Of a stretch of DNA of 64,000 bases, positions 8,853 through 17,912 are shown piece by piece; the first letter of the stretch is position 1; the number at the start of each line of letters is the position of its first letter. Source of the DNA: a virus. The notes below the pieces were generated by a model. The model ran no database searches. It had not been told where the DNA came from and was given only the letters and a program-made list of their open reading frames with translations. The DNA lies in IMG/VR virus record IMGVR_UViG_3300031569_001508, positions 18,171 through 82,170 of that record; one strand, 5' to 3'. A program made the translations under genes and the position numbers.

Positions 8853-10568
8853 ATGGAAAATAACGCATTACAAGTAGACTACAGCCAATGGGAAGCTGGA
8901 AAACAATACCCTGAGTGGATGGATGAAATTTCACTAGCAACAATATCAAAAGGATATTTACTTCCAGGTGAAACTGTAAGAACAGCATATAGAAGAGTAT
9001 CAACTGCTGCTGCCGTAAGATTAAAAAAACCAGAATTAGCAAGTAAATTTTTTAAGATAATGTGGAATGGTTGGCTAGGCTTAGCATCCCCGGTTTTATC
9101 AAACATGGGAACTGATAGAGGTTTACCAATTTCATGTTTTGGTGTAGATACTCCAGATTCTATACGTGGTATAGGGTTAACTAACGCAGAACTAATGAAG
9201 TTAACAGCATCCGGTGGAGGTGTAGGCATTTCACTATCACGCATTAGAACACGTGGGGTAGAAATTACAGGAAATGGTAAAAGTGAAGGCGTAGTACCAT
9301 GGGCTAAAATATTTGATTCATCAATTATAGCAACTAACCAAGGAAATGTAAGAAGAGGGGCAGCATCAGTTAATTTAGATATTGAACATGGGGATATAGA
9401 TGAATTTTTACAAATTCGTAGACCCAAAGGTGATCCTAATAGACAATGTCTTAATTTACACCAATGTGTTGTTGTTGGAGATTCATTTATGAGAAAATTA
9501 GAAGCTAGAGACCCAGAATCAATGGATAGGTGGACTACAGTTTTAAAATCAAGAATGGAAACTGGAGAACCTTATATAATGTATAAAGATAATGTTAATA
9601 AAGATAATCCAATTGCTTATAGACTAAATAACTTAGATGTAAGTATGACTAATATATGTTCTGAAATTACTTTATTTACAGATGAAGAGCATTCATTTAT
9701 ATGTTGTTTATCTTCTATGAATTTAGCTAAATATGATGAGTGGAAAGACACAGATGCTGTTGAATTAGCTACTTGGTTTTTAGATGGTGTAATGCAAGAA
9801 TTTATAGATAAATCTAATGGTAAAGATTCGTTAAGAAGAACTCACAACCATGCTAAGAAGGGAAGAGCATTAGGTTTAGGTGTAATGGGTTGGCATTCGT
9901 TTTTACAACAAAAAGGATTACCTTTTAATTCTATAGCATCAACAGCTCATACTCATAATATATTTTCAGATATTAGAGGTAAAGCCGAAAAAGCGTCAAT
10001 GGCGTTAGCTCAAGAATATGGAGAACCACTATGGTGTAAAGGAACAGGTATGAGAAATACCCATTTACTAGCAATTGCTCCTACAGTATCTAATTCAGTT
10101 ATTTGTGGTGGTATTTCAGCTGGAATTGAACCATTGCCAGCTAATATTTACACATTTAATGGTGCTAAAGGTACTTTTATTAGAAAAAATAAAGAATTAC
10201 AAAAAATACTAATATCAAAAGGAGAAGATAAAGATAAATGGTGGGATCAAATGTTAGCAGATGATGGATCGGCCCAAAATCTACCAGATAATGTTTTAAC
10301 ACCTGATGAAAAGGAATTGTTTTTAACATTTCCCGAAATTAATCAATTAGAGTTAGTAAGACAGGCTGCTATACGTCAAAAATATATTGATCAGACACAA
10401 TCTTTAAATTTAGCATTTGATCCAAGTGATTCACCAAAATGGATTAATCAAGTACATTTAGAAGGATGGAAGTTAGGAATAAAAACATTCTATTATTTAA
10501 GAACAGATTCAGTAATAAAAGGAGATTTAGGGTCTCGAATGGCTGATTGTGTATCTTGTGATGGGTAA
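8853..10568 (+). CDS. nrdA: class I ribonucleotide reductase alpha subunit (short, no ATP cone)
   Basis: PISCF, GGGVG, TNICSEI, AIAPT, QSLN, KTFYY, C-terminal CVSC. Confidence 0.92.
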   Translation: MENNALQVDYSQWEAGKQYPEWMDEISLATISKGYLLPGETVRTAYRRVSTAAAVRLKKPELASKFFKIMWNGWLGLASPVLSNMGTDRGLPISCFGVDTPDSIRGIGLTNAELMKLTASGGGVGISLSRIRTRGVEITGNGKSEGVVPWAKIFDSSIIATNQGNVRRGAASVNLDIEHGDIDEFLQIRRPKGDPNRQCLNLHQCVVVGDSFMRKLEARDPESMDRWTTVLKSRMETGEPYIMYKDNVNKDNPIAYRLNNLDVSMTNICSEITLFTDEEHSFICCLSSMNLAKYDEWKDTDAVELATWFLDGVMQEFIDKSNGKDSLRRTHNHAKKGRALGLGVMGWHSFLQQKGLPFNSIASTAHTHNIFSDIRGKAEKASMALAQEYGEPLWCKGTGMRNTHLLAIAPTVSNSVICGGISAGIEPLPANIYTFNGAKGTFIRKNKELQKILISKGEDKDKWWDQMLADDGSAQNLPDNVLTPDEKELFLTFPEINQLELVRQAAIRQKYIDQTQSLNLAFDPSDSPKWINQVHLEGWKLGIKTFYYLRTDSVIKGDLGSRMADCVSCDG

Positions 10569-10621
10569 ATAAAATAATATAGTTATAAATTAAATAAATA
10601 ATAAATCAAAATTCAAAAAAA

Positions 10622-11128
10622 ATGAAAAAAATTTTTACACTTTTGTTAGCATCTACTTTATTAGTAGCATGTAATAACACTAAAACAGAAAAAGCGGAAA
10701 AGGTAGAAACCGACCCTGCTAAGTTTACTTTAACAGTAATTAATAATACTGATCAAGACATGAAATGGGCTCAAACATGGGCTATGACAGGACCAACATC
10801 AGGGGTAGTAGCAGCAGGAGATACTGTATTACTATCTTCAAATGAAACAGGTGGTGATGAAATAACAATAAATCCCCTACCTCCAAAATCAGTAGAAGCA
10901 GCAAACCCAGCAAGTGGGATATTTCAAATGACCTATGGTTGGGATGGACACATTGCTCGTATTTATGCTGATAACACGGTAAATAAAGGGAATCCAATGT
11001 CGGATGTATGTTATGGTTGTAATTGGGTTTATAAAACAGACTTTTTATTACCTTCAGGAGTACAAACAAACGCAACCAATACTGTTACATTTACAACAGA
11101 AGCTTTTACTCCACCTGTAGTTGAGTAA
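10622..11128 (+). CDS. predicted lipoprotein
   Basis: Signal peptide II MKKIFTLLLASTLLVA-C; beta-rich body. Confidence 0.7.
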   Translation: MKKIFTLLLASTLLVACNNTKTEKAEKVETDPAKFTLTVINNTDQDMKWAQTWAMTGPTSGVVAAGDTVLLSSNETGGDEITINPLPPKSVEAANPASGIFQMTYGWDGHIARIYADNTVNKGNPMSDVCYGCNWVYKTDFLLPSGVQTNATNTVTFTTEAFTPPVVE

Positions 11129-11155
11129 ATAAGAAAAAAATATAACTATATTATT

Positions 11156-11184
11156 AAGAGAGGTGCATAAGCACCTCTTTTTTT
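11156..11184 (+). terminator. intrinsic terminator
   Basis: AGAGGTGC-ATAA-GCACCTCT followed by a T tract. Confidence 0.85.
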
Positions 11185-11194
11185 ATATTTATTA
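11184..11194 (+). promoter_or_regulatory. putative late promoter motif ATATTTAT
   Basis: Second recurrent intergenic motif; directly after the terminator, ahead of the membrane/lysis genes. Confidence 0.4.
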
Positions 11195-11218
11195 TTGAAT
11201 AACAAAAATCAATTAATT

Positions 11219-11506
11219 ATGGAAATATTTGGAGTAATTTGTTTAATTTTATTAGTAAGTGCAGGAGTTATTATTTATCTACAAAAATCTGGAAGAATTG
11301 GAGATAGAGATAAAGACTTAATTCCTGATGTTGTAGAGGATACTATTGAAGATGTTAAAAAGGCATCTAAAGAAGTAAAATCTAGAATAAAAAATGTAAA
11401 AAAAGAAATTAAAGATGTTAAATCTGCAGCTAAATCCCTAAAAAAGGAAGCAAAAGATGTTTTAGATGCCGCAAAAGGTAAAAAAACAAAAAAAAAACGT
11501 AAATAA
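11219..11506 (+). CDS. membrane-anchored Lys-rich coiled-coil protein
   Basis: N-terminal TM helix, DRDKDLIPD, K-rich heptads. ATG at 11219 preferred over TTG at 11195. Confidence 0.65.
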   Translation: MEIFGVICLILLVSAGVIIYLQKSGRIGDRDKDLIPDVVEDTIEDVKKASKEVKSRIKNVKKEIKDVKSAAKSLKKEAKDVLDAAKGKKTKKKRK

Positions 11507-11541
11507 TTTCAATAAAAGTTTTTATTAAAAGTTTTAATAGT

Positions 11542-11799
11542 ATGAATTTTATAAAAAGGAAAATTATGGCTTTTAAAGATATTTTTAAAGATGATAATAA
11601 CATTAACGAAAAAAGTGTTATTGGTTTTATGTCCTTTTCTGTAATGGTAATTTTTGCTGTTATGGATTTACTAACAGGGTATTTTAGTAAAGATTTAGTA
11701 ATCAATGAATTTATTTATGAATCTTTTTTAATAATAACATTAGGTTGTTTTGGTATAGCTGGATTAGAAAAAATATTTAGTAAGAAAAAGGATGTATAA
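11542..11799 (+). CDS. small 2-TM membrane protein (holin-like)
   Basis: Two hydrophobic helices, basic C-terminus, lies in the lysis block. Confidence 0.55.
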   Translation: MNFIKRKIMAFKDIFKDDNNINEKSVIGFMSFSVMVIFAVMDLLTGYFSKDLVINEFIYESFLIITLGCFGIAGLEKIFSKKKDV

Positions 11800-11817
11800 A
11801 AAATTATTCCTAATAAA

Positions 11818-12102
11818 ATGATGGAGGGAAATGAACCCCTCTTAATAGCACTCATATCAGCACTGGGGGTGAAAGAAATTTGGACTATTGTTAAAAAGAA
11901 AATGGACCAATCTGCATCCAAAGATGCAAGAGAAGATAAATTATCTCTTCAAATAATACTTGAATTAAAAGAAAAAGTAATAAGTTTAGAAAATAAAGTT
12001 AATGGGTTGATTGAAGAAAATGTTAATTTAAAAGTTAAAATAGCAAGGATGGAAGAGAGAATAATTAAAAGTGCGGCTCATAGTAAAAAAAGAAATAATT
12101 GA
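11818..12102 (+). CDS. membrane-anchored coiled-coil protein
   Basis: N-terminal hydrophobic helix plus heptad repeats. Confidence 0.6.
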   Translation: MMEGNEPLLIALISALGVKEIWTIVKKKMDQSASKDAREDKLSLQIILELKEKVISLENKVNGLIEENVNLKVKIARMEERIIKSAAHSKKRNN

Positions 12103-12115
12103 TAATATAATTTAC

Positions 12116-12127
12116 AATATTTATAAT
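12116..12127 (+). promoter_or_regulatory. putative late promoter motif AATATTTATAAT
   Basis: Recurrent motif directly upstream of the endolysin. Confidence 0.5.
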
Positions 12128-12139
12128 AAATAAAGAATA

Positions 12140-13075
12140 ATGATATTAAAAGTAGGATCCAAAGGTAAAGAAGTTAAAGAGTTACAAGAAGCTTTAGAAA
12201 TTAATATTGATGGTGATTTTGGTTATGGAACTGAAGCAGCTGTTAAATTTTTTCAAAAAGAAAATGATTTGTATGTAGATGGGATTGTTGGCAATAAAAC
12301 CTGGGAAATATTAGGGATAGATACTGATGAGTTTCCAAAAGAATTAAAATATATGTCTACCGATCTTGAAAAATCATACATGACATCCGCAGGGCTTACT
12401 ATTAATAGACAATATCTTGATAAAGATGAATATGTAAGAGATTATGGCAAAATAGAACCTTTAGGATTTTTTATCCACCATACAGCAGGTTGGGATAATC
12501 CTTATAAAACTATTAGACATTGGAATAATGATACAAGAGGAAGAGTAGCAACTCAGTATGTAATTGGAGGGTCAAATATAAAAGGAAATACTAAATATGA
12601 TGGAGAAGTAGTCGAATGCTTTCCTAATAATTATTTAGGATGGCATTTAGGAAAAGTAGGTAATTTTGCAATATCTAAATTCTCAGGAGGGGTAGAATTA
12701 AATAATTTTGGTTATCTAAAAGAAAAAGATGGTAAGTTTTTTAATTATGTTAATGTAGAAGTCCCAGAAGAAATGGTTTGTGATTTAGGGTATGAGTTTA
12801 GAGGATTTAGATATTGGCATGCTTACACAACAAAACAAATTGAAAGTCTTAGATTATTAATTTTACATTTAAAAAATATATACCCAAAAATGGATTTAGA
12901 AAATGGGTTACCTGAATTGTTAAAAGGAGGTATGGATCCAAAAGATGCTTTTGAATTTAATGATAAAGCATATAACGCTGAACAATTTGGTTTATGGACT
13001 CACACAAATGTAAGAAAAGATAAATTTGATTGTTCCCCACAACCTCTATTAGTTGAAATGTTAATAACAATATAA
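12140..13075 (+). CDS. endolysin: PG-binding domain + N-acetylmuramoyl-L-alanine amidase
   Basis: LKVGSKG.EVKELQ, DGDFG, DGIVGNKTW; IHHTAG, GWH, GVE, HTNVRKDKFD. Confidence 0.85.
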   Translation: MILKVGSKGKEVKELQEALEINIDGDFGYGTEAAVKFFQKENDLYVDGIVGNKTWEILGIDTDEFPKELKYMSTDLEKSYMTSAGLTINRQYLDKDEYVRDYGKIEPLGFFIHHTAGWDNPYKTIRHWNNDTRGRVATQYVIGGSNIKGNTKYDGEVVECFPNNYLGWHLGKVGNFAISKFSGGVELNNFGYLKEKDGKFFNYVNVEVPEEMVCDLGYEFRGFRYWHAYTTKQIESLRLLILHLKNIYPKMDLENGLPELLKGGMDPKDAFEFNDKAYNAEQFGLWTHTNVRKDKFDCSPQPLLVEMLITI

Positions 13076-13488
13076 TGAATACTAAATTAGCTATAGTGGG
13101 AATAACATCATTTTGCACATATTTGTGTACCTATTTCTTAGATTTATCAATGGATAACATAGAACAATATTTAGCTGTAGTAGCTGTATTATGGTTAGAT
13201 GGAATTTTTGGAATATGGTCTGGAATAAAAAGAGAAGGATTTAAAACATATAAAGCGTTAAAAATAACAAAAAATACATTTGTTTGGTTAGCTTTTTTAA
13301 CAGTTATATTAATGGTAGAAAAAGGGTTTAGTGGAACAGCTTGGCTATCTGAAGTAATTATCGTACCATTCATGATATTACAATTAATAAGCGCCCTTAA
13401 AAATGCTTCTATGGCTGGTTTAATTAAAGGAGATCAATTAAATAAAATTCTAGACCGTATAGATAAGCATAAGGGTTTTAGAGATTAA
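13075..13488 (+). CDS. holin (phage holin 4-like)
   Basis: Multiple TM helices, DGIFG, coupled to the endolysin. Confidence 0.7.
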   Translation: MNTKLAIVGITSFCTYLCTYFLDLSMDNIEQYLAVVAVLWLDGIFGIWSGIKREGFKTYKALKITKNTFVWLAFLTVILMVEKGFSGTAWLSEVIIVPFMILQLISALKNASMAGLIKGDQLNKILDRIDKHKGFRD

Positions 13489-13500
13489 AACTTTTAAAAT

Positions 13501-14640
13501 ATGTGGTTAAAAATCCAAAAAAGAATATTTCCCTTTATAATAGCATTTTCTGCATTATCAGTATCAGCTTCAGCTGCATTTTATTCAGTTAGTGGTTTAT
13601 CAAAACTATTTGCTGGAGCAACTTTTGCTGTAATTGTTATGGCAGCATCTTTAGAAATAGCAAAATTAGTAATTGCATCTCTTTTATACCAATATAGAAA
13701 AGGTTTACCAAAATTTTTAAAATATTATCTATCAGTAGCTTGTATAGTACTCATATTAATTACTAGTATGGGGATATATGGGTTTTTAAGCGCAGCTTAT
13801 CAAGAAACAGCAGCAAAATCTGGGTCAATTGATGCCCAAATTAGTTTAATTGAAGTAAAAAGAGATAATGTTAAAGGACAGCTACTCGTATATAACGAAG
13901 AAAAATCATCTATTAATGAGGCGGTGTCTAGTTTGCGAAACGGTTTATCTACGAATAGAATACAGTATAAAGACACATTAGGTAACATAATTACCACTCA
14001 ATCTTCCTCAACTCGTAGAGCTTTAGAAAAACAATTAGATCAAGCTATTGAAAGACAAACTATAATAAATTCTAAGGTAGATATATTAAATGAAGATTTA
14101 TTTAAGTACGAAACAGAAATTGTAGAAGTATCTACTAATAATGATGTAGCAGGAGAATTAGGTCCTCTTAAATATCTATCAGGATTAACAGGAATTCCTA
14201 TGGATAAAATTATTAACTATTTATTATTAACAATTATATTTGTATTTGACCCTCTAGCAATTGCTTTAGTAGTAGCTGCTAACTATGCTTTTGAACAGAT
14301 TAGACCAAAAACTAAAGAAAATTTATATGGTGAAAAGGTTGAAATTAAAGAAGAACCTAAAATAGAACCTTTATTTGAAGAAAATGATAAAAGAATGAAT
14401 ATAATAGGTCAAAATGGTAATGATGGAATCCATTATGGTAAAGAAGCAGAGACAGAAATAGAAGAAGAATTAATTCCCCCTAAAACATATACACAGCCGG
14501 GATATGTTAAAAATAATTTAATAGAAGAAAAACAAGAAATAGAAAAAATTATTAAAAGACCTTTAATGGCTCATGAGATAAAACAATTACAACAGTCAAA
14601 ATTAAATATTTTTAATGATGATTTAACCATTACATATTAA
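13501..14640 (+). CDS. multi-TM coiled-coil membrane protein
   Basis: Three N-terminal TM helices, long coiled coil, ELGPLKYL, IFVFDPLA TM helix. Confidence 0.7.
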   Translation: MWLKIQKRIFPFIIAFSALSVSASAAFYSVSGLSKLFAGATFAVIVMAASLEIAKLVIASLLYQYRKGLPKFLKYYLSVACIVLILITSMGIYGFLSAAYQETAAKSGSIDAQISLIEVKRDNVKGQLLVYNEEKSSINEAVSSLRNGLSTNRIQYKDTLGNIITTQSSSTRRALEKQLDQAIERQTIINSKVDILNEDLFKYETEIVEVSTNNDVAGELGPLKYLSGLTGIPMDKIINYLLLTIIFVFDPLAIALVVAANYAFEQIRPKTKENLYGEKVEIKEEPKIEPLFEENDKRMNIIGQNGNDGIHYGKEAETEIEEELIPPKTYTQPGYVKNNLIEEKQEIEKIIKRPLMAHEIKQLQQSKLNIFNDDLTITY

Positions 14641-14650
14641 ACCAAAAGTT

Positions 14651-14863
14651 ATGCTAAGTAAACAATCTATAAGAGGAACTACAAAAATTCACATGAATGG
14701 AGAATTAATAACTGATAAAGAAGTATTAATTGCTGAAAGTGAATCATGGACCGAAAAAGAAGAATCTTTTTTTAAGAAAATGATTAGACAAGGGGGTAAA
14801 TTTAATGTAGGTGGGAGAAAATATTTTATAATTCCTAACAATAATATTAATTCATTAGATTAA
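14651..14863 (+). CDS. hypothetical protein
   Basis: 70-aa ORF with AAAAGTT-ATG start context. Confidence 0.6.
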   Translation: MLSKQSIRGTTKIHMNGELITDKEVLIAESESWTEKEESFFKKMIRQGGKFNVGGRKYFIIPNNNINSLD

Positions 14864-14875
14864 ATTTCCCCTAAA

Positions 14876-14909
14876 AATATTTGGAAAAGCCAGATATTGT
14901 TCGTATATT
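14876..14909 (+). promoter_or_regulatory. -33/-7 promoter with hairpin (cassette copy)
   Basis: TTGG-N18-GTATATT; dyad AATATTTGG-AAAAG-CCAGATATT. Confidence 0.8.
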
Positions 14910-14915
14910 CATGTC

Positions 14916-15299
14916 ATGAATAAAGATGCAGTTAAAAAAATAGTAGATTCTATTTATCCAAAGGTCCAACAATTTTATGGTTTATCTAAGTTTAATAGTA
15001 AAACCCCTAAAGTTAAGTACCACCATAATATCTACGCTAGAATTACAGGAATAGCAGAAGCAGAAGGTGAATGCTCACCTGCAGCCGAATTTGAAAGGGA
15101 AACAAATACAATTTGGATCTACTACCCAGAAGCAACTAATAAAGAATGGGTTATTCAAACATTAATCCATGAATATATTCACTATTTACAATCTCCCTTA
15201 TGGATGAAAAGATATTACGATATGGGTTATGAATATGATACTCACCCATATGAATTAGCTGCAACAAAAGCTGAAGATAATTGGAAGACTTTTGCGTAA
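14916..15299 (+). CDS. putative Zn-metallopeptidase
   Basis: TLIHEYIHYLQ (HExxH) and HPYELAA third ligand. Confidence 0.65.
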   Translation: MNKDAVKKIVDSIYPKVQQFYGLSKFNSKTPKVKYHHNIYARITGIAEAEGECSPAAEFERETNTIWIYYPEATNKEWVIQTLIHEYIHYLQSPLWMKRYYDMGYEYDTHPYELAATKAEDNWKTFA

Positions 15300-15386
15300 A
15301 TATTTGGAGAAGCGAAATATTGTTCGTATATTTATGGGGTAAATGAGGTGAGAAATCACAAATATTAATTAAAAATAAAGGTTATG
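15285..15386 (+). promoter_or_regulatory. promoter/stem-loop cassette
   Basis: AAGACTTTTGC box, TTGG-N18-GTATATT (15304), leader hairpin GTGA-GAAA-TCAC, AAGGTT-ATG. Confidence 0.8.
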
Positions 15387-15566
15387 TTAAAAAAAGTAGA
15401 TTTAAAATTTTTCTCAATTTTTATAGTTTCAATGTTAGTAGGGATTTTTACTATAACAGGAACTATTCAATCAATTATTCCTTTTGCTGGTGCTTTAAAT
15501 GAAATGGCGTTCTGTTTATTATCTTTTACAATAGGGGTAATTAGTTTATCATGTATAAAAAAATAG
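15384..15566 (+). CDS. small 2-TM membrane protein
   Basis: Hydrophobic 60-aa ORF, first gene after a cassette. Confidence 0.6.
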   Translation: MLKKVDLKFFSIFIVSMLVGIFTITGTIQSIIPFAGALNEMAFCLLSFTIGVISLSCIKK

Positions 15567-15568
15567 TT

Positions 15569-15835
15569 ATGGATATTAAAAAACAACTACAAAAAGGAGG
15601 GGCTAAATTTACAATTAAAGGTATCACGGCTTACAGACCAAATAAAGATAAAAAATGGGGGGATTTTCCAAAAATATTTGAGGTAAGTAAAGATGGAGAG
15701 TCTATTTGGAGTGAATTTAATGGTATGAATGTTACTAAATGGGGTCCTACGTGTGTTACATTATTTACATTTGATATTTTAGGTAAAAAATCAGTAGGTA
15801 AAATAAATTATAAAGAAGTAGAAATTATTAATTAA
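15569..15835 (+). CDS. hypothetical protein
   Basis: AGTT-ATG start at 15569, in frame with track ORF 15551. Confidence 0.6.
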   Translation: MDIKKQLQKGGAKFTIKGITAYRPNKDKKWGDFPKIFEVSKDGESIWSEFNGMNVTKWGPTCVTLFTFDILGKKSVGKINYKEVEIIN

Positions 15836-15851
15836 TAAAAATAAAAGTTAT

Positions 15852-16271
15852 ATGAAAAAAGTAAGAGAAGTAAAAAAAGTAAAAAAAGATTTTTTAACAC
15901 CTAAATGGTTAGTAGTTAAAGAAATATATGAAAGTGGAACTAATGGTTCTGAAAAATACGGTACTAATTTTGAAATTGGTGGTGAGTTAGATAAATTAAC
16001 ACGTGAGTTTGTAGATTATATTGGAGAATTTACTCGTCAATTTGGTTGGGGTTGTGTTATTGAAAACATTAAGATGGATTTATGGAAAGAAAGGATTTGG
16101 TCATTAATTGAAAATGCTGGATTATTACCTGAAATAGCTTGGAAAGATGAATTAGCTGCTGAAGCTAAAAAAGCATCTAAATTAGAAGAAGAGATGTATA
16201 ATGATGGAGAATTCGATATTGAAGAATACGAACCATCAGACGAAGAAATTTTAAATGTAAGTTATGAATAA
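15852..16271 (+). CDS. hypothetical protein with acidic tail
   Basis: 139-aa ORF, AAAAGTTATATG start. Confidence 0.65.
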   Translation: MKKVREVKKVKKDFLTPKWLVVKEIYESGTNGSEKYGTNFEIGGELDKLTREFVDYIGEFTRQFGWGCVIENIKMDLWKERIWSLIENAGLLPEIAWKDELAAEAKKASKLEEEMYNDGEFDIEEYEPSDEEILNVSYE

Positions 16272-16497
16272 AGAAAAAAGATATGTAGTACAAATGGAAA
16301 TGTATGTTTATGCTGAAAATGATTACATGGCCACAAAACGAGCTAATGATTTAAAATTATCAATCGAAAACAGACGCCATTCAGATCAAGTTAAAGTTTC
16401 TGAGATAGGAGAGCAACCATTTGCTAGTCTTAATTATCGTAAATTAGATAGTACTGAATTTATAGAGAATTATTTTGATGAGCCGCTCCCATTCTAA
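16264..16497 (+). CDS. hypothetical protein
   Basis: 77-aa ORF ending in the SSB-tail-like DEPLPF. Confidence 0.6.
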   Translation: MNKEKRYVVQMEMYVYAENDYMATKRANDLKLSIENRRHSDQVKVSEIGEQPFASLNYRKLDSTEFIENYFDEPLPF

Positions 16498-16636
16498 CCC
16501 TCCTAAAAAAAAACTCAAGGAAGTAGAACTAACTTACCAAGAGTGGCTCCTTGCTCTGCGCATGCCTACGCCAGTGAAGAACAAGAAGAAATACAACAGA
16601 AGAAAAAAACATCCCAAAAAAGATTTGGAAAATTAA
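16478..16636 (+). CDS. 52-aa basic peptide, ArfA-like motif (not in ORF track)
   Basis: Hand translation: MSRSHSNPPKKKLKEVELTYQEWLLALRMPTPVKNKKKYNRRKKHPKKDLEN; fills the gap exactly. Confidence 0.55.
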   Translation: MSRSHSNPPKKKLKEVELTYQEWLLALRMPTPVKNKKKYNRRKKHPKKDLEN

Positions 16637-16653
16637 AATAAGGGTCGTATATT
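16625..16653 (+). promoter_or_regulatory. -33/-7 promoter
   Basis: TTGG-N18-GTATATT upstream of UVDE. Confidence 0.75.
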
Positions 16654-16672
16654 ACGGCAAAATAAAAGTTAT

Positions 16673-17569
16673 ATGAATTTAGGTTATGCGTGTATTAATA
16701 CAGTACTTAGTGAAAATAAAATCACTACAAATCGTACTATGCGTCGAAAAACATTCGATGCAAAAGGGATAGAATATGTTTCAGATTTAGCATTAGCTAA
16801 TGTTAAGGATTTAAAAACATATATTCAATGGAATAATGAAATGAAAATTAAATTATTTCGATTATCATCACAAATTTTCCCTTGGTCAGATGAATATAAT
16901 ATTAAAGACCTTAAGGATTATGATGAAATTGCATCTATAATGCTTGAAGTAGGAAAAATTGCTAAAGATGCAGGTCAACGACTTACAATGCATCCCGGTC
17001 CTTATAATTGTTTAGCATCTCCAACTAAAAAAGTTGTAGAAAAAACTATTAGAGAATTAAACTTCCATAGTGAGCAGTTTAATATGATGGGTTATGATCC
17101 TTCACCTTATAATAAAATAAATATTCATGTAGGGGGCGCTTACGGTGACAAAGAATCAACATTACTTCGTTTCTGTGATAATTTTAAATTGTTAAACGAT
17201 GATACAAAAAAACGTCTAGTTGTTGAAAATGATGATAGTCCGAATGAATACTCTGTTAAAGATTTAGTAAATGGAGTTCATTTAAGGATTGGAATTCCAA
17301 TTACTTTTGATTATTTTCATCATAAATTTAATACTGGAGGTTTAACTGAAGAAGAAGCACTAATTGTAGCATCAGCTACTTGGCCTAAAGGTGTAACTCA
17401 ATGCTGTCATTATTCTGAAAGTCGTAGAAAAGAAAAATTAGATGAGTCAATTCGTCCTCAAGCTCATTCTGATTTAATCTATGAAAAAATACAAACATAT
17501 GGTCTTGAACCAGATATTGTAATTGAGGCAAAATTAAAAGAACAATCAATTTTTAAAAGAGTAATATAA
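16673..17569 (+). CDS. uvsE: UV-damage endonuclease (UVDE)
   Basis: LGYACIN, FRLSS, RLTMHPG, NIHVGG, VENDD, FDYFHH, HYSES, AHSD, EAKLKE. Confidence 0.92.
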   Translation: MNLGYACINTVLSENKITTNRTMRRKTFDAKGIEYVSDLALANVKDLKTYIQWNNEMKIKLFRLSSQIFPWSDEYNIKDLKDYDEIASIMLEVGKIAKDAGQRLTMHPGPYNCLASPTKKVVEKTIRELNFHSEQFNMMGYDPSPYNKINIHVGGAYGDKESTLLRFCDNFKLLNDDTKKRLVVENDDSPNEYSVKDLVNGVHLRIGIPITFDYFHHKFNTGGLTEEEALIVASATWPKGVTQCCHYSESRRKEKLDESIRPQAHSDLIYEKIQTYGLEPDIVIEAKLKEQSIFKRVI

Positions 17570-17766
17570 TGGCAAAATTAACAAGAACAGTAAATTACGC
17601 AAACTTCAGATGGGAAGAATATGTGTTAACAGAAGAAGAATTAACTCAGTGGAAGACCGGTGATGAAGATATTCAACAAGATATCATAGATGATGCCGAT
17701 TGGGACCTAGTAAGAGATAAACCAATTGATGATTACGGAGACGTAGAATTCGTAGAAGAAGACTAA
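17569..17766 (+). CDS. small acidic hypothetical protein
   Basis: 65 aa, D/E-rich, coupled start and stop. Confidence 0.6.
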   Translation: MAKLTRTVNYANFRWEEYVLTEEELTQWKTGDEDIQQDIIDDADWDLVRDKPIDDYGDVEFVEED

Positions 17767-17912
17767 TGGTAGAATTTTTTAAACATGCATTTGGGCTTTG
17801 TGGTGAACATTGGCATCCAAATATTTGGACTTTTCTTCTAGGTGGGCTTGGACTGCAACAATCTTTTACGTATATTAATTATAAAATAAAAAGTTATGGC
17901 AATAAAAGTTAG
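17766..17912 (+). CDS. 48-aa protein (not in ORF track)
   Basis: MVEFFKHAFGLCGEHWHPNIWTFLLGGLG...; TAATG-coupled. Confidence 0.55.
   Translation: MVEFFKHAFGLCGEHWHPNIWTFLLGGLGLQQSFTYINYKIKSYGNKS
17848..17876 (+). promoter_or_regulatory. -33/-7 promoter for the deazaguanine cluster
   Basis: TTGG-N18-GTATATT. Confidence 0.7.
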
